From contig JBNMHR010000004.1 of the NCBI GenBank assembly GCA_050872865.1, forward strand, positions 19,350 through 83,349: DNA of 64,000 bases, in the 5' to 3' direction. The notes under the pieces were generated by a model, which was given only the letters and a program-made list of their open reading frames with translations, did no database searches and had not been told where the DNA came from. Made by a program: the position numbers and the translations under genes. Of the stretch, positions 10,701 to 19,693 are shown in pieces. Every line of letters starts with the position of its first letter. The stretch's first letter is position 1. The stretch is from Faecousia sp. (GTDB taxonomy: Bacteria; Bacillota; Clostridia; Oscillospirales; Oscillospiraceae).

Positions 10701-11989
10701 TTCAGGCGGATGCACTTCATATCCTGGCCGCCGATGTCCAGCACGCAGTCCACCTTGGGGTCAAAGAAGCTGGCTGCGGTGCAGTGGGCAATGGTCTCCA
10801 CTTCCCCCTCATCCAGGGAGAAGGCAGACTTTAAAAGGGCCTCGCCGTAGCCGGTGGAGCAGGTCCGGGCGATCCGGGCAGAGCCGGGGAGCATGGTTTT
10901 CAGATTCCAGATGGCCGTCTTGGCAGTCTCAATGGGGTTGCCCTTGTTGTTGGCATAGAAGGAGTACAAGAGCTGCCCCTCTTCCCCGATGAGGGCCATT
11001 TTGGTGGTGGTGGAACCGGCATCGATGCCCAGGTAGCAGTCACCGCAGTAGGTTTCCAGGTTGGCCTTTTTTACCACTGCCTGACTGTGCCGCTGCCGGA
11101 AAGCCTCGTAGTCTTCTTTTGTTTCAAACAGAGCAGGAAGCCGGGGCATTTCAAATGAGACCTTTACGCCCTTGTCGAGCCGAATGATCAGCTCCTCCAG
11201 CGGCACCTCCTGGGCGTCCCCGCTTTCCAAGGCAGAGCCCATGGCGGCAAACAGATGGGAGATTTCCGGGTCCACCACGTTCTCCGGGGTCAGCTTCAGG
11301 GTGCGGATAAAGGCCTTTTTCAGCTCCGGCAAAAAGTGCAGCGGGCCGCCCAAAAAAGCCACACAGCCCCGGATGGGCTTGCCGCAGGCCAGACCGGAAA
11401 TAGTCTGGTTCACCACCGCCTGGAAAATAGAAGCCGCCAGGTCTGCCTTGGTGGCGCCCTCGTTAATGAGGGGCTGAATGTCTGTCTTGGCGAACACGCC
11501 GCAGCGGGCGGCGATGGGATAGATCTGCTTGTAGTTTTCCGCCTCTTTGTTGAGCCCACCGGCATCGATCTGCAGCAGCGACGCCATCTGGTCGATAAAG
11601 GAACCGGTGCCTCCGGCGCAGACACCGTTCATCCGCTCCTCTAGGCCGCCGGTAAAGTAGATGATCTTGGCATCTTCGCCGCCTAATTCAATTGCCACAT
11701 CCGTCTGGGGGTAGAAGGTCTTCAAGGAGGAAGCCACCGCCACCACCTCCTGCACAAAGCCAATATCCATAGCCTTGGCCAGGGTAATGGCACCGGAGCC
11801 TGTGATCTTTACTTTCAGCAGGCACTCCCCCAGCTTTTCTTTTGCATCCTTCAATAGGTCTGCCAGAGCCCCCTGGGTATTGGCCTGATGGCGGGTATAG
11901 TTCCCGTAAATCAAATCATTCTGTTCGTCCAGCACCGCCAGCTTTACGGTGGTGGAGCCAATATCAATTCCTGCACGATATGTCTTCAT
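7754..11989 (-). CDS. 2-hydroxyacyl-CoA dehydratase activase-related protein (two ASKHA/BcrAD_BadFG ATPase domains plus DUF2229-like region)
   Basis: GIDIGSTT and GIDAGSTT repeats, CAGGTG and CSSGCG cluster motifs, SFGCGLD, QPFACLPNH; start placed at MKTYRAG. Confidence 0.88.
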   Translation of the reverse strand: MKTYRAGIDIGSTTVKLAVLDEQNDLIYGNYTRHQANTQGALADLLKDAKEKLGECLLKVKITGSGAITLAKAMDIGFVQEVVAVASSLKTFYPQTDVAIELGGEDAKIIYFTGGLEERMNGVCAGGTGSFIDQMASLLQIDAGGLNKEAENYKQIYPIAARCGVFAKTDIQPLINEGATKADLAASIFQAVVNQTISGLACGKPIRGCVAFLGGPLHFLPELKKAFIRTLKLTPENVVDPEISHLFAAMGSALESGDAQEVPLEELIIRLDKGVKVSFEMPRLPALFETKEDYEAFRQRHSQAVVKKANLETYCGDCYLGIDAGSTTTKMALIGEEGQLLYSFYANNKGNPIETAKTAIWNLKTMLPGSARIARTCSTGYGEALLKSAFSLDEGEVETIAHCTAASFFDPKVDCVLDIGGQDMKCIRLKNGAVDTIMLNEACSSGCGSFIENFANSLGYTAEGFAKEALFAEHPVDLGTRCTVFMNSNVKQAQKEGAKVSDISAGLAYSVIKNALFKVIKLSSAKELGSHIVVQGGTFHNQAVLRAFETIAGAEVVCPDIAGLMGAFGAALIARNHDKGQGTSMMPLEDIVNLTYTTKTVRCGGCANNCMLTVNVFPGGRRHITGNRCEKGAGGGNKGEKAPNMVAFKQKRMFAYEPLTEEEATRGTVGIPRVLNMYENYPFWATLFRNLGIRAVLSPFSDRKIYERGMDSIPSESECYPAKLAHGHVQWLIDQGLTTIFHPCVFYEYQEHKDAQNHYSCPIVASYPENLKNNVEAVTEGKIHYIRPFVAFTSEKTAADRLIKVCKEEWNIPASEVKKAVHLAWEEQRKTKRDIVEEGARVLKEMEAKGGSGIVLAGRPYHIDPEINHGIPELIASYGLTVLTEDSLPNPEEDQNLRIVDQWVYHSRLYSAARFVRNRNDLELLQLNSFGCGLDAVTTDQVAEILEGSNKLYTLLKIDEVNNLGAVRIRIRSLIAAMKMRKEESIQAQPKPVNFRRQEYTAQMQLEGYTILAPQMSPIHFEILQPVFRKHGYNVVVLDNDDRSAIDVGLKYVNNDACFPSITVVGQIMEAVLSGKYDTDYLAVVMTQTGGCCRASNYVAFIRRALQKAGYPQIPVISVNANGMEKNEGFKFTPGLIVDAIHAIVYGDLFMRCLYRVRPYELTPGSADALHEKWKNICIESLTDPKSKLSYPQVCKGIVEAFDNFPIDETLKKPRVGIVGEILVKYMPLANNHLVQVLEAEGAEAVVPDMLDFFNYCLLGGEYRHEFLGAGISADVLAKVGIKSIRAVRQPAIEALKKSRRFEPPVPIEKIAEATKPFLSLGNQYGEGWFLAGEMVELITSGTPNVICIQPFACLPNHVVGKGVIKVLKKAYPQANIAAVDYDPGASEVNQLNRIKLMLSAAKQNMEKQDA

Positions 11990-12109
11990 CTGTGTGCTTT
12001 CTCTCCATGCTGTGATTGTTTTTACGGCCGCCATACAGTGGCCGCATTCTAGGTGTGTACATTTTATTCCAGTTTTCTGAACCGAATCTAAACTTTAATA
12101 ACGCAAAAA

Positions 12110-12140
12110 ACAAGGGACCGTTGAAGAGCGATCCCTTGTT
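12110..12140 (-). terminator. Intrinsic terminator after the duplicated tRNA 3' end
   Basis: ACAAGGGA...TCCCTTGT hairpin followed by a T-run on the minus strand. Confidence 0.65.
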
Positions 12141-12161
12141 GGTCCGAGTGACTGGATTCGA
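12140..12161 (-). repeat. 22-bp exact copy of the tRNA-Pro(GGG) 3' end (att-like)
   Basis: TGGTCCGAGTGACTGGATTCGA is identical at 12140-12161 and 12282-12303. Confidence 0.9.
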
Positions 12162-12281
12162 GAAGCAGAGGAGCAAGCGCCATCCAGCTGGCGCATGGCA
12201 GCAGTCCACCGGACTACTGCATTGAATAGGTTCGAATCCGGAAGTACAAAAAAGAGAGACCGCTATCTAACGGTCTCTCTT

Positions 12282-12358
12282 TGGTCCGAGTGACTGGATT
12301 CGAACCAGCGGCCTCTTGAACCCCATTCAAGCGCGATACCAAACTTCGCCACACCCGG
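12282..12358 (-). tRNA. tRNA-Pro (GGG)
   Basis: Cloverleaf CCGGGTG...CACTCGGACCA, anticodon arm CTTGA-ATGGGGT-TCAAG, T-arm GGTTCGAATCC. Promoter TTGCAT-N17-TATTAT at 12385-12413; terminator hairpin at about 12251-12282. Confidence 0.97.
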
Positions 12359-12437
12359 ATGGCCTGTGTCCTGACGACTGGAACATAATAGCACAGCTTA
12401 TCCGAAAATGCAAGCCTTTTTTTCAAAAAATAGAAAA

Positions 12438-12908
12438 TTATTTTTTGGCTGGGGCCGGAAGGTATTGGTAGATGCCGGTGGCGGTGACACAAAGGCGGTT
12501 CGGAGCGTCTTCCTGGCAGGCTTCTGCCCGGAGATGCATCAGGGTCTTCCCCCGGTTCACAACATACACTTTAACGGTGATGGGCTTTCCGGGGATCAGG
12601 GGCCGCAGGTAGCTCAGCTGCATCTGCACCGTGGGGGAAAACCCCGGGCCGGGCTGGATGCAGTAGACCACGTAGCCCATGGCCTGGTCCACCACCCCGG
12701 CGCTCATTCCTCCGTGGAGGGTCCCGGCGGCGTTGGCCATCCAAGGGGCCGTTTCGCAGCGGAAGGTATACGCTCCCGCCGCTTCGTCCCAGTCCGTCAG
12801 GGCGAAATGCATTTGGTCCCCAATGGTGCCGGGGGCGACTTTCGGCATGGCGGCAATGGTCTCCCGAATGACCTCCCCAATGGAGCGAAGCTTATTCTCC
12901 CCGCTCAC
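12438..12908 (-). CDS. PaaI family (hotdog fold) thioesterase
   Basis: NAAGTLHGG...D motif, SYLRP. Confidence 0.88.
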   Translation of the reverse strand: MSGENKLRSIGEVIRETIAAMPKVAPGTIGDQMHFALTDWDEAAGAYTFRCETAPWMANAAGTLHGGMSAGVVDQAMGYVVYCIQPGPGFSPTVQMQLSYLRPLIPGKPITVKVYVVNRGKTLMHLRAEACQEDAPNRLCVTATGIYQYLPAPAKK

Positions 12909-13110
12909 TGGTGACTACCTTACCGATGTTCCACAGGTGGATGACGGTCTGCTCGGCGGTCTTCTTTTCTTCCTCGCTGTCGTACTCCACATACACGGTG
13001 TGGGCAGAGCAGTCGGCACATTCCACCTGTACGTTCCAGCCGCCCTCGTGGAACAGCATTCCGGGCCCCCGGCAGATGGGGCATTCTTCCAGCACGATTT
13101 TTTCTTCCAT
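12892..13110 (-). CDS. Small zinc-ribbon protein (Lar-like)
   Basis: CPICRG...VECADC...WN pattern; RBS AAGGAG; overlaps the downstream gene. Confidence 0.65.
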   Translation of the reverse strand: MEEKIVLEECPICRGPGMLFHEGGWNVQVECADCSAHTVYVEYDSEEEKKTAEQTVIHLWNIGKVVTSERGE

Positions 13111-13123
13111 AGTAATTTTCTCC

Positions 13124-13783
13124 TTATCTGAAAATAGTTTTTTCGGTATCGTAAATTTCTTCCCGCCGGTAAGTCACAAAACTGGGAGCCATTTCCGGCA
13201 GGTATTTCTGAATGGCCGCGGTGATCAGCGTAGGATTCAGGGAGGGATTCTGGCAGGTGATCAGGGCTTCCAGAGTCAGCTCCTGCTCGGAAATCCTGGT
13301 GATCCGGGTCTCCAGGATCATGGGTCGGATGTCCTGCTCCTGGATGCCCTTTTTGCTTTTTTTCTCCACCAGGATCTCCGGGCCGGTCAGCAAGGCCAAA
13401 AGAGCTGCTTCCGTTCCTGCCGGGAACCCTGCGTCATATTCCAGGCCAAGATGGCAACACAGCAAGGCCAGGTCCCGGATCTTCCGTCCGGTATCGTAGC
13501 ATTCCCGTACCGTGACCCCGGGAACCAGCGCCGCATTCAGCCGGTTCTTGATCTCTTCCCCGGTGGGCTTCTCCCCTTCCAGGTCGAAGTCCAGCAGCTC
13601 ACAGACGCTTTCCACCCCTACAGACAGAGGCAGGGCGATGGACACCGAGGGCCTGGGGTTGAAACCCTGGGTATGGGTCAGGGGCAGCCTCGCCCGCTGG
13701 AAGGCCCGCTGGAATACCCGCATCAGGTCCAGGTGGGACATCCATACGGCGGTGCCTGTCTTTTCAAATAACAATCTAGGCAT
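13124..13783 (-). CDS. Radical SAM-linked protein (TIGR03936/DUF2344-like)
   Basis: FEKTG...SHLDLMR, TQGFNPRP, ALPLSVGVES; follows the radical SAM gene. Confidence 0.9.
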   Translation of the reverse strand: MPRLLFEKTGTAVWMSHLDLMRVFQRAFQRARLPLTHTQGFNPRPSVSIALPLSVGVESVCELLDFDLEGEKPTGEEIKNRLNAALVPGVTVRECYDTGRKIRDLALLCCHLGLEYDAGFPAGTEAALLALLTGPEILVEKKSKKGIQEQDIRPMILETRITRISEQELTLEALITCQNPSLNPTLITAAIQKYLPEMAPSFVTYRREEIYDTEKTIFR

Positions 13784-15611
13784 CGCAGGCCACCTCCTTT
13801 AGAAGGCCACTGGCCCCGCAGCCTGCGCAGCCGTAGCGGCAGTCCGGGGTGACGGTGGCCTCGTAGGCCCGTTTCCGCTCCCGGAGCAGGAACTTTTTCG
13901 TGACGCCTACATCGATGGTATCCCAGGGCAGGATCTCTTCTTCCCCATAGCCTCTTGTGGTGTACCGGCCAATGTCCACCCCACAAGCGGCAAAGGCATC
14001 CTGCCAGATGTCGTAACGGAAGTATTCGTCCCAGCCATCCAATTTTGCCCCATGCTCTACGGCGTATTCGATAACAGGCCCTAGCCGCCGGTCACCCCGG
14101 GCAAAGACTGCCTCCAGGCGGCTCAGGTCCGGGCTGTGGTAGTCGTATTCAATGGACTTGGAATAAAAATGCTCCTTTAGAAGCTTGCATCTTCTCAGAT
14201 ACTCCTGGGGAGTGATCTGTTTTTCCCACTGGAAGGGGGTATGGGGCTTGGGCACAAAATAAGCCGTGGCCACATGGACCCGGAGGCCCCGCTTTTTGTT
14301 GACAGCGTGCTCTCTCCAGGCCAAGATGATCTTGTATACCAGCTCCGCAATGCCCAATACGTCTTCGTCAGTCTCCGTAGGCAGGCCCAGCATAAAGTAG
14401 AGCTTTACATTGTTCCAGCCACCGGAAAAGGCCTGGGTGCAGGTAGAAAGGATCTCCTCCTCCGTCAGGTTCTTGTTGATCACATCCCGCAGCCGCTGGG
14501 TCCCTGCCTCCGGGGCGAAGGTCAGGCCGCTTTTCCGGACAGTCTGGAGCTTCTGCATCAGCTCCCGGGAGAAGTTGTCCGCCCGCAGAGAGGGTACAGA
14601 CAGGCTCATATGGCTCTGGGCACAGTAGGGGATCAGCTCGTCCGTCAGTTCCTTCAGCCCCCGATAGTCGGAGGTGGACAGGCTGGACAGGGTCAGCTCG
14701 TTAAAGCCCGTATTCCCCATCAGCTCCACCGCCTGCTTGTAGAGGACCCGGGGGCTCTTTTTGCGCACCGGGCGGCAGCTGAAGCCTGCTTGGCAGAACC
14801 GGCAGCCCCGGATGCAGCCCCGGAATACCTCCAGGTTGGCCCGGTCATGGACGATCTCCGTAGAGGGGACGATCATTTCCGTGGGGAAGTAAGCCTTGTC
14901 CAGGTCTTCCACGATCCGCTTGGTCACAGTTTCCGGGATGCCCTCCCGTACCGTTACCTTTTCCAGAACGCCATCCGGGCTATATTCGTGGGTATAGAAG
15001 GAGGGCACGTACACACCGTCGATTTTGGCCACTTCCAGCAAAAATTCTTCCTTGCTCAGGTCTTTTTCCTTGGCGGCGCGGTAGCAGTTCATAATTTCTA
15101 CGGTGATATCCTCCCCTTCCCCCAGGGAGAAGAAGTCCACAAACTCCGCCAGTGGCTCTGGGTTGAAGGCGCAGACGCCGCCGGCGAAAACCATATTTTT
15201 CAGGCCCTTCCGGTCCTTGCTATGGAGGGGAATGCCGCTGAGCCGCAGCATATTCAGAATGTTGGAATATGACATTTCGTAGCCGATGGTAAAAGCCACC
15301 ATGTCAAAATCCTTTACGGGATCCTGGCTTTCCAGGGCCCACAGGGGCAGGCCATTTCCCTTCATGGCCTCCTCCATACCCCCCCAGGGTGCGAATACCC
15401 GCTCACACCATACGTCCGGAATCCGGTTCATGACGCCGTACAGGATCCGCATACCCACATTGGACATACCGATCTCGTAGGTGTCCGGGAAGCAGAAGGC
15501 CACACGGATGGCCATCTGCTCCTTATCCTTCCACACCTGCCCCCATTCGCCGCCGGTGTATCGGGCCGGCTTTTGAACGGTAGGCAGAATGCGGTTTTTC
15601 ATATCTGTCAT
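13776..15611 (-). CDS. B12-binding radical SAM protein (TIGR03960-like)
   Basis: KPARYTGGE, FPDTYEIGMSN, CxxxCxxC (RGCIRGCRFC), TFAPEAG. Confidence 0.92.
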   Translation of the reverse strand: MTDMKNRILPTVQKPARYTGGEWGQVWKDKEQMAIRVAFCFPDTYEIGMSNVGMRILYGVMNRIPDVWCERVFAPWGGMEEAMKGNGLPLWALESQDPVKDFDMVAFTIGYEMSYSNILNMLRLSGIPLHSKDRKGLKNMVFAGGVCAFNPEPLAEFVDFFSLGEGEDITVEIMNCYRAAKEKDLSKEEFLLEVAKIDGVYVPSFYTHEYSPDGVLEKVTVREGIPETVTKRIVEDLDKAYFPTEMIVPSTEIVHDRANLEVFRGCIRGCRFCQAGFSCRPVRKKSPRVLYKQAVELMGNTGFNELTLSSLSTSDYRGLKELTDELIPYCAQSHMSLSVPSLRADNFSRELMQKLQTVRKSGLTFAPEAGTQRLRDVINKNLTEEEILSTCTQAFSGGWNNVKLYFMLGLPTETDEDVLGIAELVYKIILAWREHAVNKKRGLRVHVATAYFVPKPHTPFQWEKQITPQEYLRRCKLLKEHFYSKSIEYDYHSPDLSRLEAVFARGDRRLGPVIEYAVEHGAKLDGWDEYFRYDIWQDAFAACGVDIGRYTTRGYGEEEILPWDTIDVGVTKKFLLRERKRAYEATVTPDCRYGCAGCGASGLLKEVACDA

Positions 15612-15668
15612 AACTTTACCTCTTGTCACTGAAAGAAAGCACCTGGGTCCAGGCGCTTTCATAATGCT

Positions 15669-16205
15669 CTATTGTACTATCTCCCGGCCCTCTTTGCAAG
15701 AAATATTTCTGACCAACAGCGGAAGAACAAAAAGTATCCCCAAAGGGGCCCTGAGTGCCAGGCAGCCAAACAGCAGGGCCCCGATAAAAAACAGGGACAG
15801 CTTGTTCACTGTCTCCCCCGCCCTGTTTACCTTGCACATCTTCAATACCCCCAGCAGGATACGGCCCCCGTCCAGGGGGAAAATAGGCAGCAGATTGAAA
15901 AGTCCCTGGCCTAGGCCGCAGAGAGCCAGCTCCGGATAGATCCGGTGGAAGCCCAGCAGGAGCAGACTGCCAAAAGGCCCCGCCAGGGCGGCAATGGCCT
16001 CCCTGCCCGGACTCAATCCCCCGAATTCCAATGCAGCGCCGCAAATCCCGAAATGCAAGGACCCGGCCTGGCCTTTCATGCACCGGATGGCCCCCAGGTG
16101 GCACAGCTCGTGGAAGAGCGCCGCCAGCATCGCCGCCAACAAAAAGCGGAAGGGCACCACCAGAAGCAGCAGCGCCAGCAGGTACAGCCCAAACCCATCA
16201 GCCAA
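15669..16205 (-). CDS. spoIVFB: M50 site-2 metalloprotease, SpoIVFB-like
   Basis: HELCH (HExxH), AGP and FNLLPIFPLDGG motifs; conserved clostridial position upstream of the radical SAM pair. Confidence 0.75.
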   Translation of the reverse strand: MADGFGLYLLALLLLVVPFRFLLAAMLAALFHELCHLGAIRCMKGQAGSLHFGICGAALEFGGLSPGREAIAALAGPFGSLLLLGFHRIYPELALCGLGQGLFNLLPIFPLDGGRILLGVLKMCKVNRAGETVNKLSLFFIGALLFGCLALRAPLGILFVLPLLVRNISCKEGREIVQ

Positions 16206-16458
16206 GGCCGGTCATCGCTTCCCGGCAGAACCGTGCCACGGCCCGGGTCAGGTCCTCCCCTTTTTCCAAAGCCGACCGCAGTACGGCATAGGCCTGCCGG
16301 GTGGCCTCCTCGTTTCCCGGGATAAAGGCCGCCTGTACCGCCCTGCGACCCTCCGGCACCAGGCACACCCCCAATAGCACCGCCACCAGAAACAGCAGCA
16401 CCAGGGGGAACATTCTCCCCCGGTGCTTTGCCCCGCTGTAAATGATCCGATACCCCAT
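16198..16458 (-). CDS. Small single-pass membrane protein at the spoIVFA position
   Basis: RBS GAGGTG, one hydrophobic helix, overlaps the M50 start; sigmaE-like promoter (GAATA...CATAGCCT) at 16480-16511. Confidence 0.6.
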   Translation of the reverse strand: MGYRIIYSGAKHRGRMFPLVLLFLVAVLLGVCLVPEGRRAVQAAFIPGNEEATRQAYAVLRSALEKGEDLTRAVARFCREAMTGLG

Positions 16459-16510
16459 GCATTTCACCTCTTCCGGTACAGGCTATGCAGCCCCCTCAGG
16501 AAAAAGTATT

Positions 16511-17140
16511 CTAGCCGTGGATCCGCTTTGCCTGGTCATACAGCTCCATGTACATGGCAAACTTAGGAAAAAAGGGCACATCCCGGCCGCCTACGCAGTC
16601 AATGGTAAAATCGCAGTGGGCGCTGCTGTAGCTATAGTCTGCCGTCCCCCGGGCCAACAGGGTGTCTCCATCATAAAGCTGTGTTCCGTCCTCCGTGGCC
16701 CACAGGCCTGTTTTGGAAAGATCCGGATTCAAAAAGATCCAATGGTAGGCTCCGCTTTCCACTACCTGCTCCTGGGCGTAGCCCAGGCAATCCCCGTTTT
16801 CGTCGTAATACCCTATGGTGGAGGCGGCAATGATTCCCTCCTGCTCATAAACCGGTCCGTCTGTCACATATTTTACGGTGATCCAGAGCTTGCCCTCCAG
16901 CTCCACCGTCCATTTGGGGTCCAATAGCCCAGACTCCCGGAACCGGGCAGCAGAGATGCCGCCTGCAAATATGTCGCTGGTCTGATTTGCCTCTTCAAAA
17001 TCTCCCCGCATCGTAAGCGTCTCCTGGCCATTCAGGGCCCGGACTCGGTCCTCCTTGGAGGTGAAGGTCTCCGCTTCCTCGCAGCCCAGAAGGGTCAGGC
17101 ATAAAATACCCGCAAGCAGAATTTCGATCCATTTTTTCAT
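16511..17140 (-). CDS. Hypothetical lipoprotein
   Basis: Lipobox signal MKKWIEILLAGILCLTLLGC; coupled to the upstream gene by an ATGA overlap. Confidence 0.75.
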   Translation of the reverse strand: MKKWIEILLAGILCLTLLGCEEAETFTSKEDRVRALNGQETLTMRGDFEEANQTSDIFAGGISAARFRESGLLDPKWTVELEGKLWITVKYVTDGPVYEQEGIIAASTIGYYDENGDCLGYAQEQVVESGAYHWIFLNPDLSKTGLWATEDGTQLYDGDTLLARGTADYSYSSAHCDFTIDCVGGRDVPFFPKFAMYMELYDQAKRIHG

Positions 17141-18489
17141 AGCGTTTTCTCCTGTGCCCGGTCCCGTGCCAGCTCCCGGGCGGCCATGACGGCCATAGCC
17201 ACCAGCATGGGAAGCCACTGCTTTTCGTAGACGATCAGAAAGGCGTTGTCGAACACCACGTTTTCGATGGTCAGGTCCATATTGTCCATAATGGCCCCCA
17301 GCATGTTGCCGTTCAGGGTCACCTTGTAATTATGCCCCACGGTGCCGCCGTACTCCCGCAGCTCCAGGGTCCCTTCCGGGATCTCCATCTGGAACCGATC
17401 CCGGATCAGGTCCAGCTGCTTTTCCAGAGTGCCGTAAAGGGTGCCTTCCCGGTAGAATTTATAGGTCACAAAAGCCTTTGCCAGCTGCTTGGTCATGGCA
17501 AACACTTCCGTTCCCCGGTTATCCAGTACCCGCAGCTTGACAAGGGGTGCGGTACCTTCTACGGTATAGCACAGCTCCCCTTCCCCATTCTCTACGGTAA
17601 AGTGCTGCCCCGTCAGTTTAAAGTCTTCGCTGAAGGTGTAAATTTTCGATGGACGCAAGCCTTGGAACGGCAAGGGCATCCCGGTTTTTACGAAATGCTC
17701 CAAACTCTCCTGCAGCCAGTCCCGCATCAGGAACAGGTCCGAATGGTAGCATAGGTGCTCGGCCAAGCTTTCCCCCACATCCTCCTGGGGCAAGATCACA
17801 GGCTCCGTCAACCGCTCCGAGATAGCCTCTTCCAATACGGAATAGCCCACATAGCCCACATTTCCGTCCCCGGACAGGTAAAAATACAGGTACTGCCCCT
17901 GGCTGTCCGGCCCGAAGATCAGGCTGGTATAGGGGCTGGTAGAAAACTTCCCCAGCCAGCCGGAACCCAAGGGGGTGGGCAGGTCCTTAAAGCTTTCATA
18001 GAACTCTTCGATTTTTCTGGGCTTGTCCATGGCGATCATCCCAACGCCGTCTACCATGGCATTGTAATCCGCCGGAGATCCCATATTGAACATGGCCAGG
18101 CCCAAAATCAGCACCACCGTACCGATGCTGACAGGTACCGTCTCCCAGTTCCCGGCCACCCACATCCAAATGGCCAGTGCCATGACCCCGGTTCCCAAAA
18201 GCCGGAACTTCCAGATGCGCCATTTGATTTCCGGAGAGTAGCTCTTATAGGCCGATGCCTTTTCCTGCTCCTGTTTAATGACGGCCTTGGTCTGCTCCGC
18301 CGTCTGGGCCGCAGGGGATTTCCCGTCGAAGAACCAGGAAAGGAAGACAAACACCCCGGTAAGCAGCCCCATACCAAGGAACCAGGCCACCGAAGACCAG
18401 CCAAAGGCCCCGGCCACAATGTCCTCCCCCACATCCCACAGACCCATCACCGCCGTGATCACACTGAGCACCAGAAAAACGATTCTCAT
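17137..18489 (-). CDS. Membrane protein with a C-terminal LURP-one/Tubby-C-like domain
   Basis: Four N-terminal hydrophobic helices; C-terminal beta-rich region (FKLTGQHFTV...GHNYKVT) ending in a hydrophobic helix. Confidence 0.6.
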   Translation of the reverse strand: MRIVFLVLSVITAVMGLWDVGEDIVAGAFGWSSVAWFLGMGLLTGVFVFLSWFFDGKSPAAQTAEQTKAVIKQEQEKASAYKSYSPEIKWRIWKFRLLGTGVMALAIWMWVAGNWETVPVSIGTVVLILGLAMFNMGSPADYNAMVDGVGMIAMDKPRKIEEFYESFKDLPTPLGSGWLGKFSTSPYTSLIFGPDSQGQYLYFYLSGDGNVGYVGYSVLEEAISERLTEPVILPQEDVGESLAEHLCYHSDLFLMRDWLQESLEHFVKTGMPLPFQGLRPSKIYTFSEDFKLTGQHFTVENGEGELCYTVEGTAPLVKLRVLDNRGTEVFAMTKQLAKAFVTYKFYREGTLYGTLEKQLDLIRDRFQMEIPEGTLELREYGGTVGHNYKVTLNGNMLGAIMDNMDLTIENVVFDNAFLIVYEKQWLPMLVAMAVMAARELARDRAQEKTL

Positions 18490-18610
18490 AACGTTCCCCT
18501 CCTCTAATACAGCTCTGCTTGGAAACTACCATCAGTATACGGGAAAGCAGTTCAGAAAACAAGTGTTTTTCTCAAAAACGTCTAATTTTTCCAAAAACAA
18601 AACTGACCCC

Positions 18611-18639
18611 TTGACAGAAGCCCTCTTTTTAGATATAAT
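18611..18639 (+). promoter_or_regulatory. Consensus sigma70/sigmaA promoter of the tRNA gene
   Basis: TTGACA-N17-TATAAT. Confidence 0.9.
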
Positions 18640-18650
18640 AACCAGGCTAA

Positions 18651-18727
18651 CGGGGTGTGGCGAAGCTTGGTATCGCGCTTGGTTCGGGTCCAAGAGGCCG
18701 CGGGTTCGAATCCCGCCACTCCGACCA
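18651..18727 (+). tRNA. tRNA-Pro (CGG)
   Basis: CGGGGTG...CACTCCGACCA, anticodon arm CTTGG-TTCGGGT-CCAAG, GGTTCGAATCC; terminator GCACGATGG...CCATCGTGC-TTTTT at 18733-18768. Confidence 0.97.
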
Positions 18728-18806
18728 AATCTGCACGATGGTTTCGATTTGAAGCCATCGTGCTTTTTCTAAGTCTGAAATATAGCAACACTTATCGACG
18801 AAAGGA

Positions 18807-19649
18807 ATGTATTTTACGAAAAGACTGTTTACAGCAAGAGACAACGGCACGTTTTGGGTTGAAGTAGAAGGTTCTGTTTACAGCATCTTTGATCATATAA
18901 CAAATAAGCATACTTTCCTGGATGCCAACGGCAATGTGTTAGAAACCTATACTCGTCCGCCAATTTCAGAAGAGGAATGGGACGTTGAATGCAACGACCC
19001 GGATTTCTTTGCGGATATTGGCGATGGATTTTATACGTACACCACGCATGAAGTGACCCGTGATATGGACGGTAAATATGGCCTGTTTGGAATCAAACGC
19101 AATAACGGCAGCAAGCTTACCGAAGAGATATATTATCAAGTTGGCAGATTCTGTAATGGCCTTTGTTCTGTGCGTGTTGAGAACAGCAAATGGGGCTGTA
19201 TTGATACAGAGGGCCGTTTGGTTATCCCCTATTCCTTTTCTGATGCAATGTACTTCAACGCATATGGCATTGCAGTAGGCGATCATACGCTGATCGATCG
19301 ATTTGGCGGCCAAATACCCGATACCGCCCTTAACTGCATTGATGACTGCGGGGAATACAACCGATATTTTGTATTTGCCTTTTTGAACGAGGAGCAGATA
19401 CGATCTATTGGCCGATGCGGCACAGCCCCAAATATAACCCTTAATATTTATGATACGAAGCATCGAAGATATGCAGTCAATAATGTGCCCGAATGCCGAC
19501 TCAATGTACATTGCTTTGATGGAGAACCCGAGGTGCTCGTTGTTGCCACAGAACTACTTGACCAATACGACAGAATTCACCTATTCCAAAAGGGAACGCT
19601 CCTATGTGAAAAGGACGGTCGCATTACCGTATACGATTATTACCAATAG
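18807..19649 (+). CDS. WG-repeat-like hypothetical protein
   Basis: KYGLFG, FCNGLCSV...KWGCIDTEG and F..G.A.V repeat signatures; AT-richer than the flanks. Confidence 0.65.
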   Translation: MYFTKRLFTARDNGTFWVEVEGSVYSIFDHITNKHTFLDANGNVLETYTRPPISEEEWDVECNDPDFFADIGDGFYTYTTHEVTRDMDGKYGLFGIKRNNGSKLTEEIYYQVGRFCNGLCSVRVENSKWGCIDTEGRLVIPYSFSDAMYFNAYGIAVGDHTLIDRFGGQIPDTALNCIDDCGEYNRYFVFAFLNEEQIRSIGRCGTAPNITLNIYDTKHRRYAVNNVPECRLNVHCFDGEPEVLVVATELLDQYDRIHLFQKGTLLCEKDGRITVYDYYQ

Positions 19650-19693
19650 CCCCGGTTATATTAATCGTTGCTGGTGAGCTACGGAGGAAAGCC

